From NCBI RefSeq assembly GCF_009914755.1, contig NC_060938.1: 64,000 nt of DNA; one strand, given 5' to 3'. Position 1 is the first letter of the stretch; every line of letters begins with the position of its first letter. Source of the stretch: the human T2T-CHM13v2.0 reference genome, Homo sapiens. Position numbers and translations under genes: made by a program. Of this stretch, positions 42,091 through 57,600 are shown in pieces. The notes beneath the pieces were generated by a model, which was not told where the DNA came from, searched no databases, and saw only the letters and a list, made by a program, of their open reading frames with translations.

Positions 42091-45000
42091 ATTTAAAAAA
42101 AAAAACACTTGATAATTGTTTTTTAAAATATTTAATGATAGTAACCATTATTATCATATTATAAATACATTTTCTTAAACTATCTCTGAAAAATGGCTAA
42201 CATTTGAATTGCTACTCTCATTTTCTGTGTAAATAAAATGGTAGAGAGATTGAGCTTATGTTTTTTCATTTCCACTAATGTATTCTTTCTCAGGAAGATT
42301 ATCTTGGATTCACTTCATTCAGCTTGATCTCACTAGATTAGAATACTTCTGAAATTGGCAAAGCCAAAACTTAAATACCAAATTCCCAATGGCTCCTATG
42401 TTTTTTTCTTTCAAATTGATTCCTTCTACAGTGTTGATTAGAATAAATATTATCCAGACAGAAAATTATTTTATTCTTGTGATAGCTTCACTGGCTCTTC
42501 TAGTTTCTTTTTTTTTTCCCAATGTCATTGTTGGCTTGAAATAGTTTCTTATTGCCCATCTAAAAAGTAAATTCTGTGTTGATCTTACAATTTGTAGCCA
42601 TACAGGATTACTATAAAATGACAAAGAATTCTTACTTCCAGAGTAGAGCAAACAGCTACAGTAGATGAAACACCAGAGACAAAGAAGTCTGTTTTTTATA
42701 GTCTTTGTAACATAATGTGGGAGAGAGTGAGAAAATAAATTATTTGAGGCAGAATTATTCCCAAACAGAATATTGTTCTGTGATTTTTACATGAGCTAGC
42801 AGCAGCTCAATTAAAAAAAAAAATGGTTGCTGTTAGCTTTTCTTGTTGCCAAAGGGAGCCATTAGCCCTTATGAGCTTTTCTGACACTGTACAACTCATC
42901 AAAAAATTTTTATGTAAAATTACCATTTAGTATCCTATTTATGCTTTTGTTTGAGAGGTTTTTTTTTTTGTTATTTCACCAAAAAAAATCTAAAATGGTA
43001 TCTCACATTATAAACAGTCCAAGAGATTATCTACCGTGAAGCTGATTCACATTGTTTCTTTCTTGCAAAGGGTTGGTACTTCTCCAAGATATGTAACATA
43101 TAAGAGCGACATAAGTGATAATCATTGCATAAATGGTTAAATCTCAAAGTAGGAATGGTTAGTATGTCTGTGTATACAATATGAACATCATAATTAAAGA
43201 AGCAAAAGTCTTCTGTAGACAAGTGGCATGGTCTTAGAACTATGCTGAATTTTCCAGTTTATACCTCCTCACTTTTTTGTCTGTAATTCAGGAAGATAAA
43301 CTCTATGAATCCTAAAAGTGATTTTTACTGTATTTAGTAATAAAGATGATTTTCATTTCTTTAAAGGTAAATGTATTCATTAGCCTCTTTTCTGTTATAA
43401 ATACCACCCCCAGGCAGTGTTTTGGTAAAGAATATCCTTGAGGCCAATTATTGTGGCTAAGACCCTCCTTTGAGTACCTCCTTCTCTCTACCCCTGTCTT
43501 CCTTTACTCTGGTTCCTTTCTCCCTGCTCCCTTGATTCTCCCTATTTTCTTCTCCTCTGCCTTTACCTTAGGCCTTCCAGTAATAACCAGTGGCACTCGT
43601 GGGCATTGCTAACCCTCTAGGTGTAAAGATGTTGCTAACTTGCTCTGGATCACTAAGCATTAGCCAGTATCCTTCAGAAACATGTGGGATAAAACTCCAA
43701 ACCAGTTGGAGGATCACTTGCTTTAAGGTATGTGAGTTCAAAAATCAAGACAGTAATAAAATGACTAAGGAAATAAGTAGAAACAGCTCAAAATAAAACA
43801 TTAAGAAAGAATAGAATGTAAAGAAGGCAGGAATAAAGTAATGATAATATAAAATAATAGGAAGACCTGTAAACCTAAAACTGCATTCACGTGGGAGTGA
43901 ATTTGAAAGATAAAAGTAGATAAAATAAAAATGAAAGTGGCATATTTACAATTTGAATCAATACAGTATTTTTATTCTTCACATTTTTCGATTTTGTTTC
44001 TCCCTTCACACTGATGAAGCTAATCATCCTCTTGATGCATTCACATCCTCCTATATAGATGTAGGTGACTATTTTATCACACTTTCTTTGTGGATATTAA
44101 TAAGGGCAAAAATATGTTAGAACTCCAAGTTCAGCTTTCTTGAAAAAGTTCAATTTGAAAGGTTTATCCCTTCAGAGCTTATTTTGGGATCATTTGGAAA
44201 AAAGGAATATTTTGAACAAACCAGGAATTATTTTCAGAGTCATAGGTAACATACAGTTCTGAAAAGATATATTAAGAGAAAGTTTTGCCATTTGGGTAGA
44301 GAGAATTTAAAAATTTTTTTTTCTTGTTTACATTCTGATTGAAATTACTTATGAAAAATGCAAAAATAATGAAAAAGAACATTTTAAAATTACCCATTAA
44401 CTTACCCCCTGGCCACTATTAGCATTTTGTGCATTTACCTCACATACAGTGGGTTAGAATACACCAAAATTCAATATAGACAATCCACAGCCATTGTGAC
44501 TTAGACCTAGTTCTTATTCTTTCAACAGTAATCATATTTCAGGGCTTTTGTTGTATCCATTTGAATCCTCTTTCGCTACAACTGGTTCTGCAATTCATTT
44601 GACAGCCTATTTTGCCCTCTACTATAGGATACTTTCAGTGAAAAAGAGGGCCTTATGATATGGGAGTAATACTCATGTGAATAGATAAATAATTTGGAAT
44701 AATTTAGTTTAGTTAATTCCAAAAAGAAAATATTTCTGAAAATAATGCCTTCTTTCCCAATACTAACAATTAATAGGCATTTTCCCTGGAAGATAATGGT
44801 AAAGAATACACGATGCCTTCTTACTCATGTATCCTATGCCCACCTCCCTGCGTTCCATAGGAAAAGGTAGCCAGTTTAAAATTCCAAACAATTTACCTAA
44901 TGTAATACTTGAGTGTAATTGCAGCAAGTATGAATCCTCTTATTCCAGCTTTGTCACCTTCTCTTGTTACCTTTCCCTACCAACCCCTCCTATAATCTTA

Positions 45001-45819
45001 ACTTTAGTATGCATATAAATACTATTACCCTGTGCCCTTCTTGCAGTCTCAGACAGTGTAGTTCTATAAGCAGAGCAGACAAATTACTATTCCTTCTGCC
45101 TTATTTCTCTATCAACTATTTCCTAGGACCTCTGAAAGTTATGCCATCTCTATGTGCTCTAATTTGTTCAGCCTTAAAGTGGAAATGATGAGACTCTTTA
45201 GTATTGAAAATAAATGACTAGCTATACAGTATTTCAAGAGACTTAAAGAAAGATCACTATGGCTGGAAAATGAAAATGAAGGATAATTCCATGGCAGATG
45301 ATTTGAAGATCATCGTTTTCTGTGTACACAATGAGTAGTTATCTAGTGTTATCAATTTCATATCAAATAATATAACCAGAAATCTTCAAATAAATGGGTG
45401 AACAGAACTAAAAGTGTTTTCTGGATATTAGAAAAAGGAGGAATAAGAAGGAACAGCTTCAGGGTCTTGCATTAAACATTAATTGTTTACATAATGCATA
45501 TGCCATTAGGGTTTGGTTTATATTGCTTTTATCACTTCTTTCAAATTAAATTCTACAGTTGCAAAGCAGAAAAGAAATTCATTAGCAGATATGTCAGAAT
45601 TACAAGGGAAACAATTCTAAATCTGCAGAAGTCCTTCAAATCTATTCATCTTTTCTAATGACGTACTGTGGTTTACTTTCTTTTTTTCTTTCCAAGCTCT
45701 AGGTTCATGTGCTATCATGCCTCCGCTTCTGCCCTCTCCTACCTAAACTTGTAGAATTCATCTTGAAAAACTGCAACTTTTTAAAACCTGTTTCTTTCAT
45801 AGATATTTTTAAATAAATA

Positions 45820-46215
45820 TAGCCATGCACCACATTAGCATTTGAGTCAAAAACAGACTCTTACATGATGGTGGTCCCATGAGATTACAATGGAGCTGAA
45901 AAATTCCTATTGCCAAGTGAGATTGTAGCCATTGTAAGGTCACATAGTGCAACACATTACCTTTCCTATGGTTAGATATGTTTAGATACACAAATACTTA
46001 ACATTGTGTTACAGTTGCCTATAGTATTTAGTATTGTAACATGCTGTACAAGTTTGTAACCCAAGAGCAATAGGCTATACCATGTAGCCTAGTTGTATAA
46101 TAGGCTATACCATCTAGGTTTGTGTTAGTACACTCTGTGATGATGTTCACACAACAAAATTGCCTAACAATGCATTTCTCAGAATATATCCCCATTGTTA
46201 AGTGACTCATGACTG
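45820..46215 (+). mobile_element. Tigger3-family MITE
   Basis: TA-flanked agccatg...catgactg ends; ggtggtcccatgagatta core. Confidence 0.8.
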
Positions 46216-46444
46216 TATCAGGAAGTTAGATAGATTGATACTTATTTTTCTGTCTTCATAAGACAAACCTTGGTGTTAATGTAAAATTTGGACTCCTGTA
46301 GTTCACTAATTTTTTTATTCCTTAAATTTTCTCTTAGTCTGAATTTGTCTATATTCAGTTTGATCTTATAGTGCTCTGCTCCTCAAAAAGGGTAATCCAT
46401 GGACCAGCAGCCTCAGCATCAGCTTGTTAGAATTTAGAATCTCA

Positions 46445-47108
46445 CTGTTGGTGGGACTGTAAACTAGTTCAACCACTGTGGAAGTCAGTGTGGCGATTCC
46501 TCAGGGATCTAGAACTAGAAATACCATTTGGCCCAGCCATCCCATTACTGGGTATATACCCAAAGGACTATAAATCATGCTGCTATAAAGACACATGCAC
46601 ACGTATGTTTATTGTGGCACTATTCACAATAGCAAAGACTTGGAACCAAGCCAAATGTCCAACAATGATAGACTGGATTAAGAAAATGTGGCACATATAC
46701 ACCATGGAATACTATGCAGCCATAAAAAACGATGAGTTCATGTCCTTTGTAGGGACATGGATGAAATTGGAAATCATCATTCTCAGTAAACTATCGCAAG
46801 GACAAAAAACCAAACACCGCATGTTCTCACTCATAGATGGGAATTGAACAGTGAGAACCCATGGACACAGGAAGGGGAACATCACACTCTGGGGACTGTT
46901 GTGGGGTGGGGGGAGCAGGGAGGGATAGCATTAGGAGATATACCTAATGCTAAATGACAAGTTAATGGGTGCAGCACACCAGCATGGCACATGTATACAT
47001 ATGTAACTAACCGGCACATTGTGCACATGTACCCTAAAACTTAAAGTATAATAATAATAAAAAAACAAAAAAAAAGAAAAGAAAAAGGCAAAAAAAAAAA
47101 AAAAAAAA
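46445..47108 (+). mobile_element. Young 5'-truncated L1PA (about L1PA2-3) inserted into a MER5A-like hAT element (~46370-47207)
   Basis: Open ORF2 C-terminus (ORF 46488-46847), long poly-A, perfect 16-bp TSD agaatttagaatctca at 46429-46444 and 47109-47124. Confidence 0.92.
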
Positions 47109-47739
47109 AGAATTTAGAATCTCAGACCTTGTCCCAGCCCTACTAAATTAGAATCTGTATATTCACAAGATCTCGAGATGATTTGCATGCACATTAACTG
47201 TTGAGAAATAAGAGAAATAAGAAAAATGACTCCTCTCTTGGTACCAAGAAACTTCTATGTAGTTGTTTGACTGATTCTTCCTTAGCTAGCAATATAGAGA
47301 CACATTTACCAACTGGAAAGGTTCAGAGTAAGGTTGAGAACATAGTGCAAGTGAGCACATATTCTCTCCACAATTGGTATACTTTCCCTGATAACAAAGA
47401 CCTTGCTCCTTAGAATCGCTTCAGAGTACTTTCACATATGGACCTCCCTGGAACTCCATACTAGGCTTGCCCCAGATGACCTCCCCAGATGACCTCCAGC
47501 TACTCATTATTCAGTTTATTTAGAGGATTATGCAGAATATTGATATGAGCATTTTGAGTTTATGTGCATGTGTGGGGGAACAGGAGAAAAGAGAAATACT
47601 TCCCACCAAAAACTTTTTGAGAATGCCAACTTCATTTCTTTATTCTTTTAACAAATATTTATTATCAGCGATGACTTAGGCACTATGCTAGACAGAATAA
47701 TGACATAATCTAAGTTATACAGAATTAATCAAAGCAGTC

Positions 47740-47998
47740 TTTTTTTTTTTTTTTTTGAGACAGGATCTCGCTATGTTGCTCTGGCTGGAGTGTAGTGGTA
47801 CAATCCCAGCTCACTAAAACCTCCACTCCCCACCCCCCACCCGGTTCTCAAGCCATCTTTGTGCCTCAGCCTCCCAAGTAGCTAGACTACAGGCACACAC
47901 CACCACACCTGGCTATTTTTTGTATTTTTGTAGAGGTGGGGTTTTGCCATGTTGCCCAGCTTTGTCTCAAACTCCTGAGCTGAAGTGATTTGCCCAGC
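47740..47998 (-). mobile_element. AluJ-like element, 5' shortened
   Basis: TSD caaagcagtcttt at 47730-47742 and 47999-48011. Confidence 0.85.
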
Positions 47999-49188
47999 CA
48001 AAGCAGTCTTTCTAAACATTCTTAAGATGTTGACTCAAATTTTGAAGGAAACAATATATATGGATCAGCAAAAAGTATATATAACAAATATAAAACTTTG
48101 TGTTAGAAAATATTACTTATTTGGTCATTCGTGCATGAATCTTCTAAGAACGTTTTTGTAGCCACATTCATTCGTCTGCCAACCATTTTTGAATACTTAA
48201 CATATTGAACATTTATTTAACACCTATTGTACAGCAAGTGCCAGGGATTAGCAAATACTGTAAATATATTTAGAAGCCATAATTGATTTCAGGCTACACT
48301 GGGGAAACAAAAGAGGATGCACGCAACTCTTGAGGGGAGAGGAGTCAGATATGACTTCACAGAGAAGATGACACTTGAGCTGAGTCTTAACAGCTAAAAA
48401 ATCTTTAATCAGAAGGCAAGAATAAGAAAAGGACGCTTTAAGTAGTGGAAGTAGCACATGTCACGGAGCCAACATATGAGTTATCTTGGTATTCTCAGGG
48501 ATAGTACTAGCAGTTGATAATAGCTAGAGTATAAGATATAAGGAAGACATGAACCAAGGCCTTTGCACATATGTTCTCTTTGCACACAATGATGGAGCAC
48601 TTCCACTTCATGTCTATCTTTTCCTCTCTCTCCCTCTCCTTCTTTCCCTCCCTATTTCCCTCCCTTTGTCTCTCCCCACCTACATACCTGCACACACACA
48701 CCCCTACTTAGCTCTTACTCATTCTTCATATTCAAATCAGAAATCCTTTTATCATGCTTTTCATGACTCTCCAGTGTAGCTCAGGTACTTTAATTATATA
48801 CTCTCATAAAATCATGTTTCTTTGCTTTGGAGTGGTTTTCTTAATTTGTATTTATATATTCATTAATGTGATTATTTGATTAATATCTGCCTCTCCTGAT
48901 GCATCAGTGGCTTTAAGAGTTTTATTTTAACCACACCCATGGGAAGAAATACATTAAATATATTATACATCAAAAGCCAATGATATACACACACATATAT
49001 AACATATACAGTACATATAAATATACATACATACACGTATATAAACAAAAATAAGTTTTATGAAACAAGAGTCATCCTTACCATGTGTGTTGAAATATAT
49101 TTTTATCCTTTTCATTAGAAAATTGTTCACAAGTTGATTTTACAGCCTATCTCCATTTGTCATCCAGAGTTTGAAAAACCTTGTAACA

Positions 49189-49307
49189 CACACCATCATG
49201 GCACATGTATACATATGTAACAAACCTGCACGTTGTGCACATGTACCCTAAAACTTAAAGTATAATAATAATAAAAAAAAAGATAAACCTAACCTGGAAA
49301 AAAAAAA
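49189..49307 (+). mobile_element. Very short L1PA 3' terminus with two A-tracts
   Basis: Last ~85 nt of the L1 3' UTR; TSD ga(a/c)aaaccttgtaaca at 49173-49188 and 49308-49323. Confidence 0.9.
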
Positions 49308-49650
49308 GACAAACCTTGTAACAGGTTGGCACTGCACTAAAATAGAAGCAGCGTCTAGGTTTACCCCCTACTCTCTCTCCAGCCCTTAGTTTAACACTTG
49401 GGGCATAAAAGACACTCAGTAGACATTTACTGAATGAATAAAAGGAATAAAGAGCTTCAAAGGTATTGTTTTAAAAGTGTGATTATCCCCATTTTTACCA
49501 ACAAGAAAACTGAAGGTGAGAGAGGTTTAGTAATTTTGCTGAGAGTCCCTGAAGCTAACAATAAACAGAACCAGGATTCAGATTCAGGTTTTTTTACTCT
49601 AAAACAATGCTAATTTCCCCCTTGTGCAGGAAGTAAAAAAAAAGAAAATG

Positions 49651-49989
<339 letters not shown>

Positions 49990-50171
49990 CTATAGGAGGT
50001 AGCAAGCTGATAATTATTTATCTAGTAGAGAAACAATTTTAAATAAGTTTATTCACGTTTGAGATGCAGTTGGTGTGGAACTCTGAAAGATAATTGATGT
50101 TTTAATTTTCTACAGTAAGAAAATTATCATTTGCTCTGAAAGATGGCAAAAATAAGTGGGGGGATAGATGA

Positions 50172-50543
<372 letters not shown>

Positions 50544-51978
50544 TGTTGTAAAAACTTCTTAAACTTTAAAAAAAAAATAACCCATGAAAATGGCTTAATA
50601 AAATAACATTACAATAAAACTCTTCTATAATACTTTTTACAAGTAAAAACTGAACAATGTAACAGGATTCAAAAAAAAAAACACAAGAAAGGCAAGAGTT
50701 TATTAACTGAGATAATATCTGTAAAGCATAAAATACAACATCCTGTGACAGAAGGGACCCAGTGTTAATTTTTGTCCCTCTTCACATCAGGCTAACCAAA
50801 GCCATTTATGCAAAAAAGGGATGACTTCATTATAAACGGTGTTTTATATAAGCCTTTAGAAAAAAATAACACTTTATAGCTACATAAACGAGCAATTAAT
50901 CTAATGTCCTTTTAAAAAGAGAAAATATCATTATTAGTATGATTATAAATGTAATCTAAATATTCATATATAATGTATATATTTTTTGTAGATATGCTCC
51001 CAAAACTCTGCTGTTTGCAGATAACATGAAGGTAATGGTCATGATTTTAAAACTTACTAGATAGGCACTTTTGCCCAGTCGTATTGGTCTGAAAGCCACA
51101 TCATATGTCAAGAAAACTCTTTGAATCTCCAAGAATGTTTCTTCATCTAGCCATTGTTATACTGTACATATTTTTTAATAAATTTTTTATCCCAATTATG
51201 GAATTTTTTTTTTCAATTTAAAAATAAATAGCCAATGGAAAATGTGATGCAGTACTGCCTATGTATTCTAACTCATAAATAGAATTTTGATACATTATTT
51301 TAAAAAACTGTGCTACAATTACAAGACTGGATTTTAGTCCTAGCTCTACCATTAACCAGAAATTGTTCAGAGTACTTTACCTTTTCTTTCCACCTGAATT
51401 CTTTCATTCTATAATTCATTTCCTTCAGCTGTCAAATGAAGAAAGGAATGTTCTTCCTATTTCACATCAGGAAGCCCAGACTGGGAGACAAATAAGAAAA
51501 CAGTATGAAGTTGTTAAAATGTTATAGAAAAATGGAGACATATGGATATGTATACAAATAGTGATAAATCCATTTATATATATATATATGTCCATGAGTG
51601 TACACACACACATCACACATACATACACATGGATAAGGTGGCATTTATTTAGGAAGATTGGCTAGAATAACTTATTAGAAAAGCACAAGTGTGGAAATTA
51701 CGAGGTGACAGGAAGACCACCTCCAGTGACACCATGGCACAATTAGGCACCAGTGGTACAATTAGGACCACTTCTATCAGTGCATGTGAGTTGCGGATAC
51801 CAAACATTAAATCAGTCGTAACAAAGCCATTGTCAAGTCTAGGAGATCAGAAAAATATTCCACTTCTCTAAGCCTTATCAAATAATTTGAGTCAAATTTT
51901 AGAATTCCAATTTTAGGTTCTTGTTCCATGCTGTAGGTCCATACTGATGTTTGTTCTTGGCTCTGTTCCATCTCACAG

Positions 51979-52034
51979 CTGCTGATGGCCCAGGAGATCG
52001 TTTCATCATTGGGGAATCCCAAGCTGGTGAACAG
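51979..52034 (+). CDS. GPHN: Gephyrin coding exon, 56 nt, phase 1-0: (A)ADGPGDRFIIGESQAGEQ
   Basis: Acceptor ctcacag, donor CAG|gtgaga; in frame with both neighbouring exons. Confidence 0.96.
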
Positions 52035-52824
52035 GTGAGATTGATAGGCCTGAAAGGCACTGAAGATTTCAGCTTCATGGACTTTGGGCATCTAATTCTA
52101 AATTTCTCCTATCAGTTTAGTGGAAATTAGAGAGAGATTAGTCAGAAGATTATCAAAGGGATGAAAGTATAGTTCCCAGGAGAACCAAAAGAATTATTTC
52201 TTAATTGAAAGTATCTACATCTATTAATATATGTCATAGTATTATTAGTATGTCTCACAGACATGCCTTACAAGCATTTTCCAGACCTGTGATTGGGTGA
52301 TTCTTTTTTTCCTGAAAAAAAAAATGTTCTGAATAGAACAATTTCTAGGTAGTCTTCTCAGACTTTTCCCCAACTTGTGTTACAAATGGGGAAACTTAGA
52401 AGTAGATTATTTAAACTTTTTAGCTAATTATTTAATTTAATTTTTCTCACTTGGGATCTAGCCAGGGAACAGGTTTACATATATTTTTATTAAGAAATGA
52501 AGCAATAATAGGCCACATTGGAAATACAAGTCCATTTGACACTTTGAGACCAGTAATTGGCCACTTAATTGAAAAATCAGTTAAAGTGGGAAATTATTTT
52601 ATATATTTAAAATAAATATAAATTTAACTTAAATATTTATTAGTCAATAATTTGATGAAGAACCAAGGTCTTCCTTTTAAATAAGTATGCTGTTTTAATT
52701 TCTATCAGGTCTTTCTTACGTAAACCACACAAAAGGCAATGTCTCTGATTTCCATTTTGATTTCTTCAAAGTAGAAAAAAACTGAAGGATACTTGCAATA
52801 CATAGAAGAGCAGAATCCTTTTAG

Positions 52825-53294
<470 letters not shown>

Positions 53295-53503
53295 TGGCCA
53301 TTGTTATGTTTAAGAGGAAATAGCATCTGTCAATCCGGTGAGTTACGAAGGTTGATCAACAGAGCTCCTACCTTATTAAATGGAACTAGAAGGAAACCAA
53401 AGAACTTTTTTCCTTTCCCTGCTGCTTCCCTTCAAAGTTTCCTCTTCCTGAGATGGAATACCCAACTGCTACTACCAAGCAATATATAAAAATAAAAGTG
53501 GCA

Positions 53504-53810
<307 letters not shown>

Positions 53811-54310
53811 AGTGGCAAGAAATAAATAAATAATAATTTTTAAAATGAAGGCAGCAGTTTGGCAAACGCTATGTTCCATGCCTTTCTTCCTTGGCTTAGC
53901 ATGGACTAACACTAGAAACGAGTTGAGATATATAGGAGAAGGATGATGCCAATGGTGTTGACACTAGCTTCTTCATTTTAGCATCCAAAAATTGAGGAGA
54001 TTCGCATGCAACTCTCTGAAGCTAAGTTGGCACTATAGTGATACATATTCTCATCCATACTGCACCAAGCTGGATTTCATTACCATGACCATTTTTCTGA
54101 CAAAAAGAACAGCTAGGCTTGATTCTTTTTTATAAATGACTTGTCTTGTTTGTTTGTTTGTTTGGGTTTTTTTGAGGGGAGGGAGGTTGTTCTTGGTTTT
54201 GGGTTTCTGGGTTTTTTCTTGAGACAGAGTCTTGCTCTGTTGCCCAGCATGATCTCAGCTCACTGCAACCTTCACCCCAGTATGGACTCTGTGTGGGGGC
54301 TCCAACCACG

Positions 54311-54628
54311 CTGGGTTCTCTATTCTGATCCATTGGTCAATGTATCTGTTTTGCTGTCCAAACCATGCTATTTCAGTTACTATAGCTTTGTAGTATATTT
54401 TGATTTCTGACAGTGGGAAGCCTCCAGTTTTCTTCTTTTTATTCAGGATAGCTTTGGCTATTTGGAGTCTCTTGTGGTTTCATACAAATTGTAGGATTTT
54501 CTATTTCTGTGAAGATTGTCATTGGTATTTTTATAGGAATTGCAATGAATCTGTAGATCGCTTTTTTCGTAGTATGGTCATTTTCACAGTATTAATTCTT
54601 CCAACCCAACGACATGGGATGCTGTTTC

Positions 54629-54660
<32 letters not shown>

Positions 54661-57600
54661 GTGGCCTCTTCAGTCTTTTTCATCAGTATTTTATAGTTTT
54701 CCTTATACAGATTTTTTACCTCTTTGGCTAAATTTATTCCTAAATTTTTTTTGTAGTTATTATACATGGGATTGCTTTCTCATTTTCTTTCTCTGCTAGT
54801 TTGTTCTTGGTGTGTAGAAATGCTATTCATTTTTGTGTGTTGATTATGTATCCTGCAGCTGTACTATATTTATCAGTTGTAAGAGTTTTTGGTGGAGCTT
54901 TTAGGGTTTTCTATATATAAGATCATGTTATCTGCAAACAGGGACAATCTGACTTCCTCTTTTCCCCTTTGGATACCCTTTATTTCTTTCTCTTGCCTAA
55001 TTGTTCTGGCTGGGACTTCCAGTACTAGGTTGAATAAAAGTGTTGAAAGTGGGCATCCTTGTCTTGGTCCAGATCTCAGAGGAAAAGCTTTCAACTCTTC
55101 CACATTCAGTATGATGTTGGCTGTGGGTTTGTCATCTAGGGCCTTCACTGTGTACACTCATTCTTTCTATACCTAAGTTGTTGAGAGTTTTAACCATGAA
55201 GGATTGTTGAATTTTATCAGATGTTTTCCTAAGTCTGTTGAGATGATCATATGGTTTTTGTCCTTCATTCTGTTGGTGTGATGTATCACATTTATTGATG
55301 GGCATATGTTGAGCCACCCTTGCATCCCCACAGTAAATCCCACTTGATCATGGTAAATGATCTTTTTAACGTGCTGCTGGATTCAGTTGCAAGTGTTTTA
55401 TTAAGCATTTTTGCACCAAGGATATTGGCCTATAGTTTTCCTTTTTTGTGTTGTATCCTTTTATGGTTTGAGTAGCAGAATAATGCTGACCTCATAGATT
55501 GAGTTTGGAAGAATTCCTTCCTCTTCAGTTTTCCAGAAGAGTTTGAGAAGAATTAGTATGAGTTCTTCTTTAAATGTTTGGTAGGATTAAGCAGTGAAGT
55601 CATCAGATCTTGGGCTTTTCTTCAGTGGGAGACTTTATTACAGATTCAGTCTCATTACTCATGATTGATCTGTTCAGGTTTTCTATTCTTTTTGGCTCAA
55701 GCTTGGTAGATTGTATGTATTGAGGAATTTACTCACTTCTGCTAGGTTTTCTAATTTTTTGGCATGTAGTTCTTCATAGTAGTCTCTAATGACCCTTTGT
55801 ATTTCTGTAGTATCAGTTGTAATGCCTCCTTTTCCATTTCTGATTTTGCTTATTTGGGTCTTTTTTTATTAGTCTAGCTAATGCTTTGTCAATTTTGTTT
55901 ATATTTGCATAAAGTCAACTTTAATTTCATTCATCTTTTGTGGTTTTTTAGTCTCAATTTCATTTGTTTCTCTTATCTGTATTCTTTCTTTCCTTCTTCT
56001 GATTTTGGATCTGGTTTGTTCTTGCTTTTCTAATCCCTTGAGATATATCACTATGTTGTTTCATTGAAATCTTTCTACTGTTTTGATGTAGGTGTTTATT
56101 GCTATAAACTTCCCTCTTAATGCTGTTTTTGCTGTATCCCATAGGTTTTTGTCTGCTGTGTTTCTATTTTCATTTGTTTTGGGAAATCTATTTATCTCTT
56201 AATATATTTATTGATCCATTGGTTGCTCGGGAGCATATTTTGTAATTTCTACATGTTTGTACAATTTTGAATGTTCCTCTTGTATTGATTTATAGTTTCA
56301 GTCCATTGTGGTTGGAAAAAAATTCGATATAATTTTAGTTCTTTTAAATTTGTTGAGACTTCTTTTGTGGCCTAATATGGTCTATCTGGAGAATGTTCCA
56401 TGTGCAAGTGAAAAAAAAATGTGTATTTTATAGCTCTTGGATGAAATGTACTTTAAATATCTGTTAGGTCCATTTGATCTAAAATGCAGTTTAAATCCAG
56501 CGTTCCTATGTTGATTTTCTATCTATATGACTTGTCCAATGCTGAGAGTAGGGTGTCAAACTCCCCAAATATTATTGTATTGGAATCTGTCTCTCCTTTT
56601 AGATAAATAATACCTGCTTTATAGTGGGTGATCCCATGTTCAATGCATATATGTTTGCGATTATTGTATCCTTGTGATAAATTGATCCCTTTATAATTAT
56701 AGAATGACCTCTCATATTTCTTTTTACAGTTTCTGACTTAAAGTCTATTTTATCTGGTATAAATGTGGCTACTTTTACCTGATTTTGGTTTCCATTTGCA
56801 TCAAATATCTTGATTCATTTCTTCACTTTCAGTCTATATCTGTATAGGTGAAGTGAGTCTCATGTAGGCAGCAAATAGTTGGGTTCTTTTTTTTTAAATC
56901 CATTCAGCTTGTCTGTATCTTTTAACTACGGAATTTAATCTATTTACATTTAAGGTTATTACTGATAGATGAGGACTCCTGTCATTTCATTGTTTCCTGG
57001 TTTTGCTTACCCCTTGCTCCTTCTCTTATTGTTTATCATTGCAGTTGGGTGGTTTTCTACATTGATACTGTTTTATTCTTTTCTCTTTCTCCTTTATTAA
57101 TCTGGTCTACCAGTGAGTTTTATGCTTGTGTGTGTTTTTATGATAGTGATTATTGTCTTTTTTGCTTCCAGATATATGACTCCCTTGAGAATTTATGGTA
57201 AGGCCAGTGTAGTAGTAATGAATTCTCTCCATTTTTGCTTGTCTGGGAAAGACTATTTCTCCCTCATTTCCAAAGGATAGCTTTGCTGCATATAGTATTC
57301 ATAGTTAGAAATTTTTTTATTTCAGCACTTTGAAGATGTTATCTCCTTTCTTCCTGTCCTGTAAGGTTTCTGCAGAGAAATCTACTGTTAGTCTAATGTG
57401 GATTTCATTATATATGACTTGATTTGGAGACCTTTGGAATTCCTGGACCTGGATATCCATACCTTTCCCCAGACTTGGGAAGTTTTCAGCTATTATTTTA
57501 TTAAATAAGTTTCTTATGCCTTTTCCTTTCTTTTTTTCTGAAACTCCAATAATATGAATATTTGTTCTTGTATGGTGTCCCATAAGTCTTACAAGCTTTC

